Assembly: GCA_046582655.1 (NCBI GenBank)
Contig: JAYGDX010000322.1
Coordinates: 1-60,804 of the forward strand
DNA from: Candidatus Poribacteria bacterium
GTDB taxonomy: Bacteria > Poribacteria > WGA-4E > UBA9662
Direction: 5' to 3'
DNA: 60,804 nucleotides
This document shows, piece after piece, positions 40,837 to 51,119 of this stretch. The notes under the pieces were generated by a model, which had not been told where the DNA came from, did no database searches, and saw only the letters and a program-made list of their open reading frames with translations. Position numbers and translations under genes: made by a program. Numbering within the stretch: position 1 is the stretch's first letter; each line of letters starts with the position of its first letter.

Positions 40837-41841
40837 ATGAGCCAGTCGAAACACAAAATCTTAATTACTGATTACGCTTGGGCAACGCTTGAGCCGGAAC
40901 GCGAGGTATTGTCAGCTATTGGTGCGGAGCTAATTGTTGCCAAAACCGGCACAGAAATCGAGTTCTTGAAATACGCTCCTGATGTTGATGGTATCTTGAC
41001 AAATTGGGCAAAAGTAACAACCGATGTAGTAAAAGCTGCTGAAAAATGTCGGGTTATTGGTCGCTATGGAATCGGATTAGACAACATTGATGTGGCAACC
41101 GCTACCAGTTTGGGTATGGTTGTATTTAATGTGCCGACCTATTGTCTTGAAGAAGTATCTGACCATGCTATGGCCTTGGTTTTAGCGATGGCGCGAAAAA
41201 TACCAAGACTCAATAACGAGGTTAAGAATAGAAGTTGGGATCGCAATATCGGACCGCAGATGTATCGTATTCGCGGACAAAAGCTTGGTATTGTCGGGTT
41301 TGGGAAAATTGGGAAGCTTATTGTGCCAAAAGCAAAAGGATTCGGTATGGAAATCTTAGCCTATTCGCCGAGTCTGACGGATAAAGTCGCAAAGACTTAT
41401 GGTGTCAAAAATGTCGACTTTGAAGAACTACTGACAGAAGCAGATTTTATCACTATTCATTGTCCGCTTGTGCCTGAAACGAATAACCTGATTGACGCTG
41501 ATGCACTTAGCAAAATGAAATCAACTGCTTATTTGATCAATACTGCTCGCGGTGGTATTGTGAATCATGACGCACTCTTTCAGGCACTACAGGAGAATTG
41601 GATTGCTGGAGCTGGCCTAGATGTGTTGCCGGAAGAACCTCCAGCCGATAACTTCTCTCTGCTCGATTTGGATAATGTCATTATTACGCCACACGCGGCG
41701 TTTTGGTCAGAGGAATCGATTAACGATTTGCAAATTTCGGCGGCTAAGGGTGTGTTGAACGTGCTGACAGGAAACATTCCAGACGCAATTGTCAATCCAG
41801 AAGTTTTGCAAAGTACTAACCAACGCTTCCGTCCAAAGTAA
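40837..41841 (+). CDS. D-2-hydroxyacid dehydrogenase (CtBP / PGDH-like)
   Basis: RYGIGLDNID, NVPTYC, GFGKIG, INTARG, LDVLPEEP, TPHAA. Confidence 0.92.
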   Translation: MSQSKHKILITDYAWATLEPEREVLSAIGAELIVAKTGTEIEFLKYAPDVDGILTNWAKVTTDVVKAAEKCRVIGRYGIGLDNIDVATATSLGMVVFNVPTYCLEEVSDHAMALVLAMARKIPRLNNEVKNRSWDRNIGPQMYRIRGQKLGIVGFGKIGKLIVPKAKGFGMEILAYSPSLTDKVAKTYGVKNVDFEELLTEADFITIHCPLVPETNNLIDADALSKMKSTAYLINTARGGIVNHDALFQALQENWIAGAGLDVLPEEPPADNFSLLDLDNVIITPHAAFWSEESINDLQISAAKGVLNVLTGNIPDAIVNPEVLQSTNQRFRPK

Positions 41842-41906
41842 AGTCAGGCAGTTCGTGCCATAATTGAGTTCGTGTTGATCCCAATTCCTGCCCTTACCTT
41901 AATAAT

Positions 41907-42734
41907 TCACTGTGCATAAGGTATTCTCTGCCAGATCACAGGATGTTGCTCACCGCGGAAAAAAGCACCTTCTTCTCGTGGGCAGACCTTCAGATTGCTA
42001 TGAGAAGCTCCATTTGTTTTGGTGTATCGAACATGATCCGCAACCATATGGATGGCCAAACCGATCCGAGGTTTTTGGGTCAGATTGGGTCCCGATCCAT
42101 GAAGGGTAATCGCGTGGTGAAAGCTGACACAACCCGCTTTCAGTTCACAGTAGACAATGTCCAGTTTCTCACCTTTTGGTATCGTGACTTGACTAAGTGT
42201 GTACTCCATGTCTAAAGTACGATCTGAGGGTTTTATTGCCTGTTTCCATCTGTGACTCCCAGAAACAACCATCATGGCGCCGTTTTCTACAATGACATCA
42301 TCCAAAGCCACCCAAGCAGTTATCATATCCGGTTCGTCACATACTCGCCAGTAGTTCCAATCTTGGTGCCAGCCAACATTGCCTCCATCTGGCACGTTCT
42401 TTGACCGTGGTGGTTTGTATAATAGCTGATCGTGCCACATACAGACACCATTCACCTGCAGAAGTTCGACCGCAATCTTTCCCAAACGGGAATTCAGTGC
42501 AAGTTGACGGATAACACCACCAGCCCACCACGCGTTGTTAATTTGCACAAGCCCATTTGAATCGGTCTGTTCCGGCCAATTTCTCCCTAGCATCGGTTCA
42601 CGCCCCGATTCGTATTTATGATCCATAATGTTCGACATTGATTGCCGATACGCCACCAGTTCATCATCTGAAAAAAGTGGGTTTGGTTCGACCCAGTATC
42701 CGTTTTTGACAAAGAATTCACGACGCCCCATCAC
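41907..42734 (-). CDS. Phytanoyl-CoA dioxygenase (PhyH) family protein
   Basis: WHQD (HxD), TAWVALDD, NGAMMVVSGSH, HGSGPN. Confidence 0.88.
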   Translation of the reverse strand: MMGRREFFVKNGYWVEPNPLFSDDELVAYRQSMSNIMDHKYESGREPMLGRNWPEQTDSNGLVQINNAWWAGGVIRQLALNSRLGKIAVELLQVNGVCMWHDQLLYKPPRSKNVPDGGNVGWHQDWNYWRVCDEPDMITAWVALDDVIVENGAMMVVSGSHRWKQAIKPSDRTLDMEYTLSQVTIPKGEKLDIVYCELKAGCVSFHHAITLHGSGPNLTQKPRIGLAIHMVADHVRYTKTNGASHSNLKVCPREEGAFFRGEQHPVIWQRIPYAQ

Positions 42735-42756
42735 TATCTCCTACCACCGATCTGGC

Positions 42757-45700
42757 TTACATCGACAATTTATCTAATTCATCCGATATAATCTCGACGC
42801 CGCATAGAACCGGTTGACCTTTTACAGGTGAAAACATAATTTTAAGATCGCTCTTGATTTGAATATTTTTGAAGGTCTTAACCACGCTGGAATTTTGATT
42901 TCCGCTTTCTCGCACAATATCAAAATTTTTCAAAACTAGCTTGTCTTGAAGATAAACATCAAATACGCGTTCACCGACATCAAGACTAGTTGTTTCGGCA
43001 AAAAACAAACTCACCTTGTAGACTCGAGGTTCTTGAAAACTCCCCAGAATTTCATCTTCGGACCAGATCTTCCATTGGCTCCGGTTCTTCAGGAATCCTT
43101 GCTCTTTGAGGATGAGACCAAGCGTGGTTTTTTGGGTGTGGGACCCCGCGGGAATACCCTGTTCGTTCAAACTAACAGGCTGATCAATGCTCCCTGGCTG
43201 AATAAACAGACGTATCCAGACTTCATGGATACCTTCTATTCCAGAAGCTGTTATCCAGTTGAATTCACCTTCTACTTTCGATTGATGGTGATGAAACCAT
43301 TTTGGATTCTGACTCACCGTTCGAACCGGAATGTCGGGTGAAACACCGCCAATACTCGGATATTCCATCCATAAGACACCATTTTCCCCGAACCGATTCC
43401 CTGGTGCACCTAAATTGAGTCCCACATGCATTATAGGTGTAGCTTTACCCACGTTGGGATAGTAATCAAAGCTCCAAGCCTCACCTTCAGGTGTGTGAAT
43501 CATAGCCAATGAAGCCTGATTCTGATAACTACAGGTACAGGTGCGTGTGTAGTCTGGTGCGCTTAACACACCATTAGCCGGTATCAAATTCGAGGTACAA
43601 CCTGCTCGGAATCCGCCCAGACTTGAAGTTCCTTGTCCCTTCGTCAGGTCAATGAAGGATGCTGATCCGGAGCGGAAAGCCATCAAGTTTGCACTAGCAA
43701 TGGCAGAATTACACCCTTTAAAACGGAGCCACTGCCAAGGAATTGTCTCTTTGGTTAAAGGATGCGTCCGTGTAACATGTTCTCCAGTAAAAATGTTGAG
43801 GGCTTTTGTTATCGGATACCCAGAGTTGCTGCCACCTCCCGATTGTGTAATAACCATATCACGGTATAGAATCACGGGACCATAATAGGCTCCCTCTTTC
43901 TGGTCATGAAACCACAGTACTTTCCCATCCGAACCACGATAAGCAGTAATCTTTCCGAAATAACTAGGTTCGTATTCATCTTCCGCACTGTCACCTGAAG
44001 GTCTAGTTGCTTCGATTACCACGTCATGTTCCAATGAATAACTTAACCAAGTACCGAATATGCCGTCTGCGTTTGACCAAATCGTTTTCCCCGTTTTAAG
44101 ATCGCAAGCATAGAGGATTGGAATTGCTGGGTTGACGATTCCTCGGCGTTTCAGCCAGTCCGTTTTTTGCTTAGACATTTTATCCAGACAAAAAATTTTG
44201 TTGTTTCCAAGCGCAATCGCATTGTGTCTGAAACCATGTTTAGCCTGCTTCGACCATAGAATTTTGCCCGAATAACGATTCAACACCAGCAATGTTCTGC
44301 TGGCCGAAGAAAAAAGCGTATTGTCTGCGATATCCTTGATCTGTCCAGTTAGGTTAAACAGTTCTCTACCATCGTCAGCATCCCAGCATCTAGTAGTTTT
44401 GTCGAGGCTAGCTGTTATGATTCTTTCACCATCTGGACTCCACGCAACCGAAGTTAGCTCATCTATATGAACATCAAACGAAAAGAGAACTTGACCTCTA
44501 CTGGCACTTTCGGTTTGAGCATCCCAGACCTTGGCTGTCTTATCTCTGCTAGCTGAAGCTAGTAATTTGCCATTCGGACTCCATGCGACCGAGGCAATAT
44601 CACCTGAGTGTCCAACACATGAAAACAATTCTTGGCCGTCACTAGCATCTAAAATCTTTATGGTTCGGTCTCCGAATGCCATGGCTAGCTGCTCACTGTT
44701 AGGATTATATGCGACCGCTTGTCTCGGAAGATACGTTTCAACCGTTTCCGCGCCTGTTACAATCCATTTACCATCTATCGTATAAGCAACAGCACTGTCC
44801 CCATTTATGTTACCAACAAGGTTAAATAGTTCCTTTGCGTTATACGAACCCGAGGTTTGAGCATCCCAAACCTTAGCCGTTCTGTCTTCACTAGTTGTTA
44901 CGATTCGTTTACCATCTGGACTCCATACCACTGAGTTAACTGCTTCGGTATGGCCTTCTAGCACGAATAGCTCTTGACCACTATCAGTATCCCAGACTCT
45001 AGCAGTTTTGTCTTCGCTGGCAGTTGCGACTTGCTTGCTATCCGAACTCCATGCCACTGAAGTTACGTATTTTGAGTGCCCCTTCAGCACAAAAAGCTCT
45101 CGGTTACTATTGGCATCCCAGATCGTAGCTATTTTTTCGTTGGCGGTTATGATTCGCTTACCATCCGGGCTGTATGCTACCACGTTCACTATCGGCGCAT
45201 TGACACTACCAATTCCAATTGGTGAGGATGTCGCAATCAGTAAATCACCAGTAACTGAGATATACCCCCAATTAGGAGAATTCCGACCATCAGCAGAAGG
45301 CAGCTGGAATTGATCTAAGGTCTTTCCAGTATCCGTATCTATCACGTGACAAGTAGGACCACTGGCCAGATAGATGCGATCCTCAAGGGATACAATATTT
45401 GATCCAAATTCGTTGGCTCCCGGAATATGATCTTGTCTGATTCCTTCACTTCGGGTGTAACTGCTGTCATAATACATACCAAAAGTATTTAAATTATTGA
45501 GTTCTTTTTTCCATAGTGTTTTTCCAGTGTAGACGTCGCGAGCACTCAAGACATTCACACCTTGGATAATCAATCGTCCACCAACAACATGTGGCTTCGG
45601 ACCGTGTGCGTGCCGGGGGAGAACATCCAGATTTATCTGTTGAGAGCCGAACCACAGCAGTCCGAGAGGCGCTTTTATCTGATCAGCTGAAAAGATGCTA

Positions 45701-47574
45701 TTTGATGGATCCGAATAGTTGTGTGTCCAGTCCGCAGAATTTGGCAAAGCGCCGACACGTCGGAGTACGACAAAATTTTCGAGATCCTGGTATTCCGCCT
45801 TTGGGAGGCCAGAATTACCGATCCATTTTATAAGCGAATTTTTATCCTTTCCAGCACCCAGCCAAGCGATACCACCATAAGGACGGATTGGTTGATACAG
45901 CTTATTAGGATCATGTTTGATGAAGTCAAAACCAGCAGCAAAGACATCTTCCGATACCACAAGTCTAGCCAGATATGGAGGTAAAGAATAGTCAAACGGA
46001 TCTCCAACGACCGCAGTCAAGCGATGTCCATATACTCCTGCTATGTTCATACGTTGGCGAAAATTTTCAATGTCATAAGGGTTTCGATCAATCACCACAA
46101 GGTGAAACTGTGATTGATGAATCAGTTCTTGCACCAAGTATCCACTACCAAGACCGAGTGAAACACAATAGCCGTCCTTGACCTCTAATTTCGCTAAGAT
46201 GTCCGCAGCAACTTTCGACCAAACTTGATCATGTTCAAGCTGTTTGATCCTCGGCTTATAACGTTTTGCTGTACTGTAGCTCTCCCCAAAACAATAGATT
46301 TTACCTTCTATGGTGCTGACGAAAAGTTTGTTATCTGCAGCTAGAACGCTCCAAGGTGTCCCTTCTATCTTTCCCTTTACTGTGCTTTCGATGCGATTTA
46401 GATCTCTGACATCAATGGTAATTATATTTCCTTTTTTGTCAATTGTCACCAGGTCATCCCCGGCTTTTATGTATAATCTGCCCGGTTTGGATGAAACTGG
46501 TTGAGAACTGAGTAATTTATAGGTGTAGTGTGTAGTCTTTGCTCCCTTTCTGTCGATAGATTCTTGATAATAACCAGGAAATTCATAAACCGAAACTTCA
46601 TCATCACCTACATGATAAAGTCGATCTGCTGTAACCAGCGATCCATCTTTTTGGCGGATAATCTCAGTACCATTCGCCGAATTGAAAATGGAGTTGCTGT
46701 TTATATACACCTCTCCTGAAGCAGCGACTTCGTACCCACCAAGTTTATTATTTGGATTGTAGTACAGAAATTCCCCTGTCAGTCGATCGTAGCAGGCTGG
46801 AACTGTTCGACCTCCTGAGACAAACAGGTGCTTTGGGGTGGCAACCAAGTATCCCTGTGGAGATATGCCGGCGAAAGAAGGAGCTGAGTGCGCTTGCAGG
46901 ACGTAAATGGAATTGCTTCCACTGTTTGTCCAAACAACGTTGCCTGTCTCAGCCTCAAGCGCATGCAGGTAGGTACCGACAAAAGGATAAATACCAGACG
47001 CAAAATAGATCTTACCATCGTAGAAAACTGGACCACCTCGTGCCGGATTCTCGTTGACTAAACGACCATTTCCCAAAACTTTCCTGTCTGTAGGTCCGCC
47101 CCGAAACTTCCATAATAAGACTCCATCATCAGCATCTAAACAATAAAGGTAGCCATCATCACTAACAAAATAGACTTTTCCGTTTCGAGCAATTGGAGCA
47201 AAGCGGACCGGCGCGTCGGCAAAGAACCTCCAGTGTTCTCGGCCTGTTTCCGTCTGGTAAGCAGTGACGCTGTCATTCACCATCGAGGGAACAAAGACTT
47301 GCTTACCCATAACCACAGGTTCGTATGATAGATCAAACTGTAGTTTTGTTTGTCCTTTAGGCCAAGCGGGTTGAGGTAAATCGAACTGACGCACCCATTT
47401 TAAGTGCAACTTGGACGGTAGTTTGCTGGGTGAAGACGGTAGTCGCCCAGCACTATAACGCCACTGTGGCCAATCAACGCTCTCCTTATCTGTGTCTTCA
47501 GAACAGGCCAAAATAATGGTTAGTGACACACATGCAGCAAAGACCGAAACCAAGTTTCTTCTATGATTCTCCAT
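42757..47574 (-). CDS. Giant lipoprotein: PQQ-like/BamB beta-propeller repeats, methyltransferase-like domain, nested WD40 block, C-terminal malectin domain
   Basis: Lipobox ILAC; DWPQWRY, SDDGYLYCLDADDGVLLWKF; GYCVSLGLGSG; WD40 repeats (GH...VAWSPDG...ASEDKTARVWD); FAET...GERVFDV...FDIV (malectin). Confidence 0.85.
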   Translation of the reverse strand: MENHRRNLVSVFAACVSLTIILACSEDTDKESVDWPQWRYSAGRLPSSPSKLPSKLHLKWVRQFDLPQPAWPKGQTKLQFDLSYEPVVMGKQVFVPSMVNDSVTAYQTETGREHWRFFADAPVRFAPIARNGKVYFVSDDGYLYCLDADDGVLLWKFRGGPTDRKVLGNGRLVNENPARGGPVFYDGKIYFASGIYPFVGTYLHALEAETGNVVWTNSGSNSIYVLQAHSAPSFAGISPQGYLVATPKHLFVSGGRTVPACYDRLTGEFLYYNPNNKLGGYEVAASGEVYINSNSIFNSANGTEIIRQKDGSLVTADRLYHVGDDEVSVYEFPGYYQESIDRKGAKTTHYTYKLLSSQPVSSKPGRLYIKAGDDLVTIDKKGNIITIDVRDLNRIESTVKGKIEGTPWSVLAADNKLFVSTIEGKIYCFGESYSTAKRYKPRIKQLEHDQVWSKVAADILAKLEVKDGYCVSLGLGSGYLVQELIHQSQFHLVVIDRNPYDIENFRQRMNIAGVYGHRLTAVVGDPFDYSLPPYLARLVVSEDVFAAGFDFIKHDPNKLYQPIRPYGGIAWLGAGKDKNSLIKWIGNSGLPKAEYQDLENFVVLRRVGALPNSADWTHNYSDPSNSIFSADQIKAPLGLLWFGSQQINLDVLPRHAHGPKPHVVGGRLIIQGVNVLSARDVYTGKTLWKKELNNLNTFGMYYDSSYTRSEGIRQDHIPGANEFGSNIVSLEDRIYLASGPTCHVIDTDTGKTLDQFQLPSADGRNSPNWGYISVTGDLLIATSSPIGIGSVNAPIVNVVAYSPDGKRIITANEKIATIWDANSNRELFVLKGHSKYVTSVAWSSDSKQVATASEDKTARVWDTDSGQELFVLEGHTEAVNSVVWSPDGKRIVTTSEDRTAKVWDAQTSGSYNAKELFNLVGNINGDSAVAYTIDGKWIVTGAETVETYLPRQAVAYNPNSEQLAMAFGDRTIKILDASDGQELFSCVGHSGDIASVAWSPNGKLLASASRDKTAKVWDAQTESASRGQVLFSFDVHIDELTSVAWSPDGERIITASLDKTTRCWDADDGRELFNLTGQIKDIADNTLFSSASRTLLVLNRYSGKILWSKQAKHGFRHNAIALGNNKIFCLDKMSKQKTDWLKRRGIVNPAIPILYACDLKTGKTIWSNADGIFGTWLSYSLEHDVVIEATRPSGDSAEDEYEPSYFGKITAYRGSDGKVLWFHDQKEGAYYGPVILYRDMVITQSGGGSNSGYPITKALNIFTGEHVTRTHPLTKETIPWQWLRFKGCNSAIASANLMAFRSGSASFIDLTKGQGTSSLGGFRAGCTSNLIPANGVLSAPDYTRTCTCSYQNQASLAMIHTPEGEAWSFDYYPNVGKATPIMHVGLNLGAPGNRFGENGVLWMEYPSIGGVSPDIPVRTVSQNPKWFHHHQSKVEGEFNWITASGIEGIHEVWIRLFIQPGSIDQPVSLNEQGIPAGSHTQKTTLGLILKEQGFLKNRSQWKIWSEDEILGSFQEPRVYKVSLFFAETTSLDVGERVFDVYLQDKLVLKNFDIVRESGNQNSSVVKTFKNIQIKSDLKIMFSPVKGQPVLCGVEIISDELDKLSM

Positions 47575-47596
47575 ATTTTAACCATATGCACAAGTG

Positions 47597-48277
47597 CTAT
47601 ATGTCAGCAAAAATAGTTCCATCGCTCATTTGAACTATATTGTCTGCATAAGATGCAACCCGCTGATCGTGCGTTGCCAGTAGCACCATTCCACCATTGT
47701 CAGCATATTCAGCAAGATGCTGACATACCACCTCCGTATTTTCGTCATCCAAGTTACCAGTCGGTTCATCAGCTAACAGCAAACGCGGATGGTTGAGTAA
47801 AGCCCGTGCTAGGGCTGTACGTTGCCGCTCCCCTGTAGAAAGTTTTGAAGGCACATGTGATAACCGGTCTGCTAACCCGAACCGTTCAATTAATTCCAGT
47901 GCGCGGTCACGAAGATTTACTTTCATTTGTCGGTTAATACCCTCAAGTGCTAATGAAGCAGCTAGGACGTTGTCAAGCACATTCAGATATGGTACTAAGT
48001 GAAACTGTTGAAAAACAAAACCAATCTCTATGGCACGATACTGCGCACGTTGATCAGCGGAAATCACGTATAGATTCGTCTCATCAATCCTAACAATGCC
48101 ATCATCAGGCCGTAGTAACCCTCCAGCTGCAAATAACATGGTAGATTTCCCACATCCACTTGGGCCGCATACCGCTACGAAATTTCCGTGATCCAACTGC
48201 AACGTAACCTGACGCAAGGCAAAGATCTGTTGTCCCTTGTAAGTATAGGTTTTCTCCACACGATCCAATTGAAGCAT
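47597..48277 (-). CDS. ABC transporter ATP-binding protein (LolD/MacB-type)
   Basis: GPSGCGKST, IGFVFQQFHL, LSTGERQR, LADEPTGNLD, ATHD. Confidence 0.94.
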   Translation of the reverse strand: MLQLDRVEKTYTYKGQQIFALRQVTLQLDHGNFVAVCGPSGCGKSTMLFAAGGLLRPDDGIVRIDETNLYVISADQRAQYRAIEIGFVFQQFHLVPYLNVLDNVLAASLALEGINRQMKVNLRDRALELIERFGLADRLSHVPSKLSTGERQRTALARALLNHPRLLLADEPTGNLDDENTEVVCQHLAEYADNGGMVLLATHDQRVASYADNIVQMSDGTIFADI

Positions 48278-48280
48278 CTC

Positions 48281-49582
48281 TTAGTCCTCACGCAAGGTTT
48301 CAGCTGGGTCCTGCCCCGCAGCCATGAAGGCCGGCAACCAACCCGCAACTGCCGCCAGCGCTGGCACACACACCACTATGAGCAGCACTAACCTCCAAGA
48401 AAAGATTTGCGTAGATGATAGCGAACCCGATTTGACAGCAAACGCATTAATCTCCATGACACCCAAAAAACCGATTAAACAGCCGAGCATCGACCCTAAG
48501 AGCCCGACAATGATCGACTTAAAGAGAAATAATTTAATAATCTGACCGGATCCAACCCCAACTGCACGCAAGATACCGATCTCCGATCTTCGATCCCACA
48601 CATTGATCAATGATAGAAACGCGATCCAAATGCCACCGGCGACAACTGAAGCAGAGATGACACTCGCTGCTAGAACTCGACGCCTGTTTCCCAGATGTTT
48701 CCGATGTATTTTTTCTTGTTTTAGGGTTTGTTCAGCTAATTTGGCCGCCTCCATCCGCATGTTTGCTCGAGCTTGTGCCTTGGTGAACTTTTCAATTACC
48801 TGAGTATCAGGTAAATACACCGCAATTTCCTGAGTAACCTTGGGTAAATCCGCCAGTGCGCATCCGCATTCGATCGCCCATATCGCGTTAATCAAGCCTT
48901 CCTTTTTTAACATTCGCTGTGCGGTTGCCAAGTGGATCCAGATTGTAATGTCATCTTTGTTCCCACGCGGATTATGTACTTGTGAGACAGTGAATTTCTC
49001 TCCCTTCAGAGTAACCTTATCACCAACTTTAAGGTTCTCGACCATAGCAATTTCACTGCCAAGTACGATTTGCCCCAGCGGTACTTTCTGCGCAATCGGT
49101 TTTTGCGGTTGCCGATGCATAATTGGCACCTGACCACGGATCCCAACCAGAAATACTATCCGGTTGTTGCGTTCAGGCCAACGGATCCGCTGTTCAACCG
49201 TCGGCAACAAATGGTTGATGGTCACAATTTCGCTCTCGGCCAACTTTGAAGCATACGACTCTGGCATAAACTTTGAAGCATAATTGTTAGAATAAAGCTC
49301 GTTCAGGTTTTGGTCTTCCGGCAAAATCAAAATGTTGAACCCCATTCCTTTACCGATTTTGCGCATCTGATCCTCAAGTTCTTCGGTACGTTTTTGAACA
49401 ACTTGTCTTCTAGCCTGTAGGATCTGCTCAGTTTGCATGTTATGCATGGCAAGTAACACGATGACACTTGTACTGCAAGCAACCGCAGTCATTACACCTA
49501 GCACCGCAAACCCAAAATGAAACTTGCGGTGGCATATCTCACTAAGGATGAGGTGCCAAGTATTGATCATACGCACAAACAA
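48281..49582 (-). CDS. FtsX/LolE/MacB-type ABC permease
   Basis: N-terminal TM, periplasmic domain, RRSEIGILRAVG, WLPAFMAAGQDPAETLR. Confidence 0.88.
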   Translation of the reverse strand: MFVRMINTWHLILSEICHRKFHFGFAVLGVMTAVACSTSVIVLLAMHNMQTEQILQARRQVVQKRTEELEDQMRKIGKGMGFNILILPEDQNLNELYSNNYASKFMPESYASKLAESEIVTINHLLPTVEQRIRWPERNNRIVFLVGIRGQVPIMHRQPQKPIAQKVPLGQIVLGSEIAMVENLKVGDKVTLKGEKFTVSQVHNPRGNKDDITIWIHLATAQRMLKKEGLINAIWAIECGCALADLPKVTQEIAVYLPDTQVIEKFTKAQARANMRMEAAKLAEQTLKQEKIHRKHLGNRRRVLAASVISASVVAGGIWIAFLSLINVWDRRSEIGILRAVGVGSGQIIKLFLFKSIIVGLLGSMLGCLIGFLGVMEINAFAVKSGSLSSTQIFSWRLVLLIVVCVPALAAVAGWLPAFMAAGQDPAETLRED

Positions 49583-49592
49583 CTAATTGTAA

Positions 49593-50771
49593 TCAAACAT
49601 CACGACGGGATTTGATAGCAAATGATACGCCTATCACACCCAATAAGCTGACGATGACAACAATGGCAGTAGGAATTAGGAACCCCACGTTCAGAGGTTG
49701 ATTTTCGACCACAGGTGTTTCGGCTGTAGGGGGCAAATACAAAGCCTGCTGCTCAACTGGACTTTCCGAAAAACCTTTCGATTCCACACTGTCAGCCAAT
49801 GTTGCCATGCTCATCAAGTCGGGTAGAGGTTGCAGCCGGATAGCGGTTCCTGTAATGATCTGACGCCAGTTTGCTGTAAAAACTAGATCTGACCCGGGAT
49901 TCTGTTCTTTTACTTGACATGAACATGCTCCAGTCAAGAATTGACAACTATCAGTAATAGTTTGAGTATTGATTCCTTTGCCGACTAGCGCAAAATGAGA
50001 TCGTCCTTGACCAAAAACAGGAATCGCAATCGGCTCATTAAATTGATGAAGATCCGGTTCGCTGTTAATCAGTAGCGAAGCAAAGATTGCCTCAGCAGGA
50101 TCACTGCGCTTGAGACGCAAGATAGAGAAAGCTAAACGCAACTCAACCTGTGTTTCCGGCTGAAAGGCTTCGTCACTTTCAATCACCTCACGGCTCGGTA
50201 GTTGCAATTTCTGTTGTAGAAGATCCAAGTTTTCTTGAAGACGACTTGCCGCCGCATCATCTTTCGATTGGTTGCCGCTTTCAATCAGTACCCACACGGC
50301 CGACTCCCCTTCACCGATTCGCTCGACAATTGTTTGTCTTGCAGGTGAATCAATTAAAGCCTCAACAGATTCTCCACTCAGAGTCCCCACCCATGCCAAG
50401 CGGTGCGTTTTCACCCATTGAGGATAACGCACAACCATCAGGGGATATTGATCTATAGAATATCCATCCGCCAGAAGTTCCTTGGAATATTGAGGGTCTT
50501 CGTTTAAATCAAACAGTTGAACTTCAATATTCGCAGGTCTTTCTACCTCTAAAGCAGCTTGTTTCAGTCGGTCGACTAAGCCAAGATGTTCTGCGGATAA
50601 TGGGTTATGATACAATATCAACACTGAAAAAAGATCTGGACTCCACCTTTCCAACGCATATCGAAAGACAGGTATCTGGCAGGTTACGGCTGAGGGGACA
50701 TAAATTAGGAAGCAGGCTATTATGCTCGCCAAATATATTGCAACAAGACTTTTAAAATTCCTTCTCATCAT
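49593..50771 (-). CDS. Conserved hypothetical exported protein with C-terminal membrane anchor and Cys motifs
   Basis: Signal peptide, CQIPVFRYALERW, SPARQ, PVFGQGR, FLTGACSCQVKEQNPG, C-terminal TM helix with a basic tail. Confidence 0.75.
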   Translation of the reverse strand: MMRRNFKSLVAIYLASIIACFLIYVPSAVTCQIPVFRYALERWSPDLFSVLILYHNPLSAEHLGLVDRLKQAALEVERPANIEVQLFDLNEDPQYSKELLADGYSIDQYPLMVVRYPQWVKTHRLAWVGTLSGESVEALIDSPARQTIVERIGEGESAVWVLIESGNQSKDDAAASRLQENLDLLQQKLQLPSREVIESDEAFQPETQVELRLAFSILRLKRSDPAEAIFASLLINSEPDLHQFNEPIAIPVFGQGRSHFALVGKGINTQTITDSCQFLTGACSCQVKEQNPGSDLVFTANWRQIITGTAIRLQPLPDLMSMATLADSVESKGFSESPVEQQALYLPPTAETPVVENQPLNVGFLIPTAIVVIVSLLGVIGVSFAIKSRRDV

Positions 50772-51119
50772 TTTTAAATCAAGCTAAGTTTTGACATTAT
50801 GACTTCTGCGCTGTTTATCAGCCTTTAAAGTATACAGGAAGAACTGATAGATGTGAATAGCTTCCATTACTTCGAGCACTATAGGAAACGATTCTTAAAG
50901 ACTTCCTTTCGCTACCGTAAACCATCTGCAGCCTATTCTGCTCAGCATTTAATGGCAATTCCAGCAATTGACCCAGCATCCCGAGCCTTAGTGAACCCTG
51001 TTGAATTTGCAACCCACTTAATCTTCATACTTCTTGTCCTAGCATGTCTTAACCGATTTAAATTAAGGGCTAATTAATGCTATTATAATTGTGATGTCTC
51101 TCCAGCCGCAATCATTCTA

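Noticed and set aside
42757..47574. True PQQ-dependent dehydrogenase or BamB ortholog
   Set aside because: Only generic propeller repeats are recognisable. Size, extra domains and gene context do not fit either protein.
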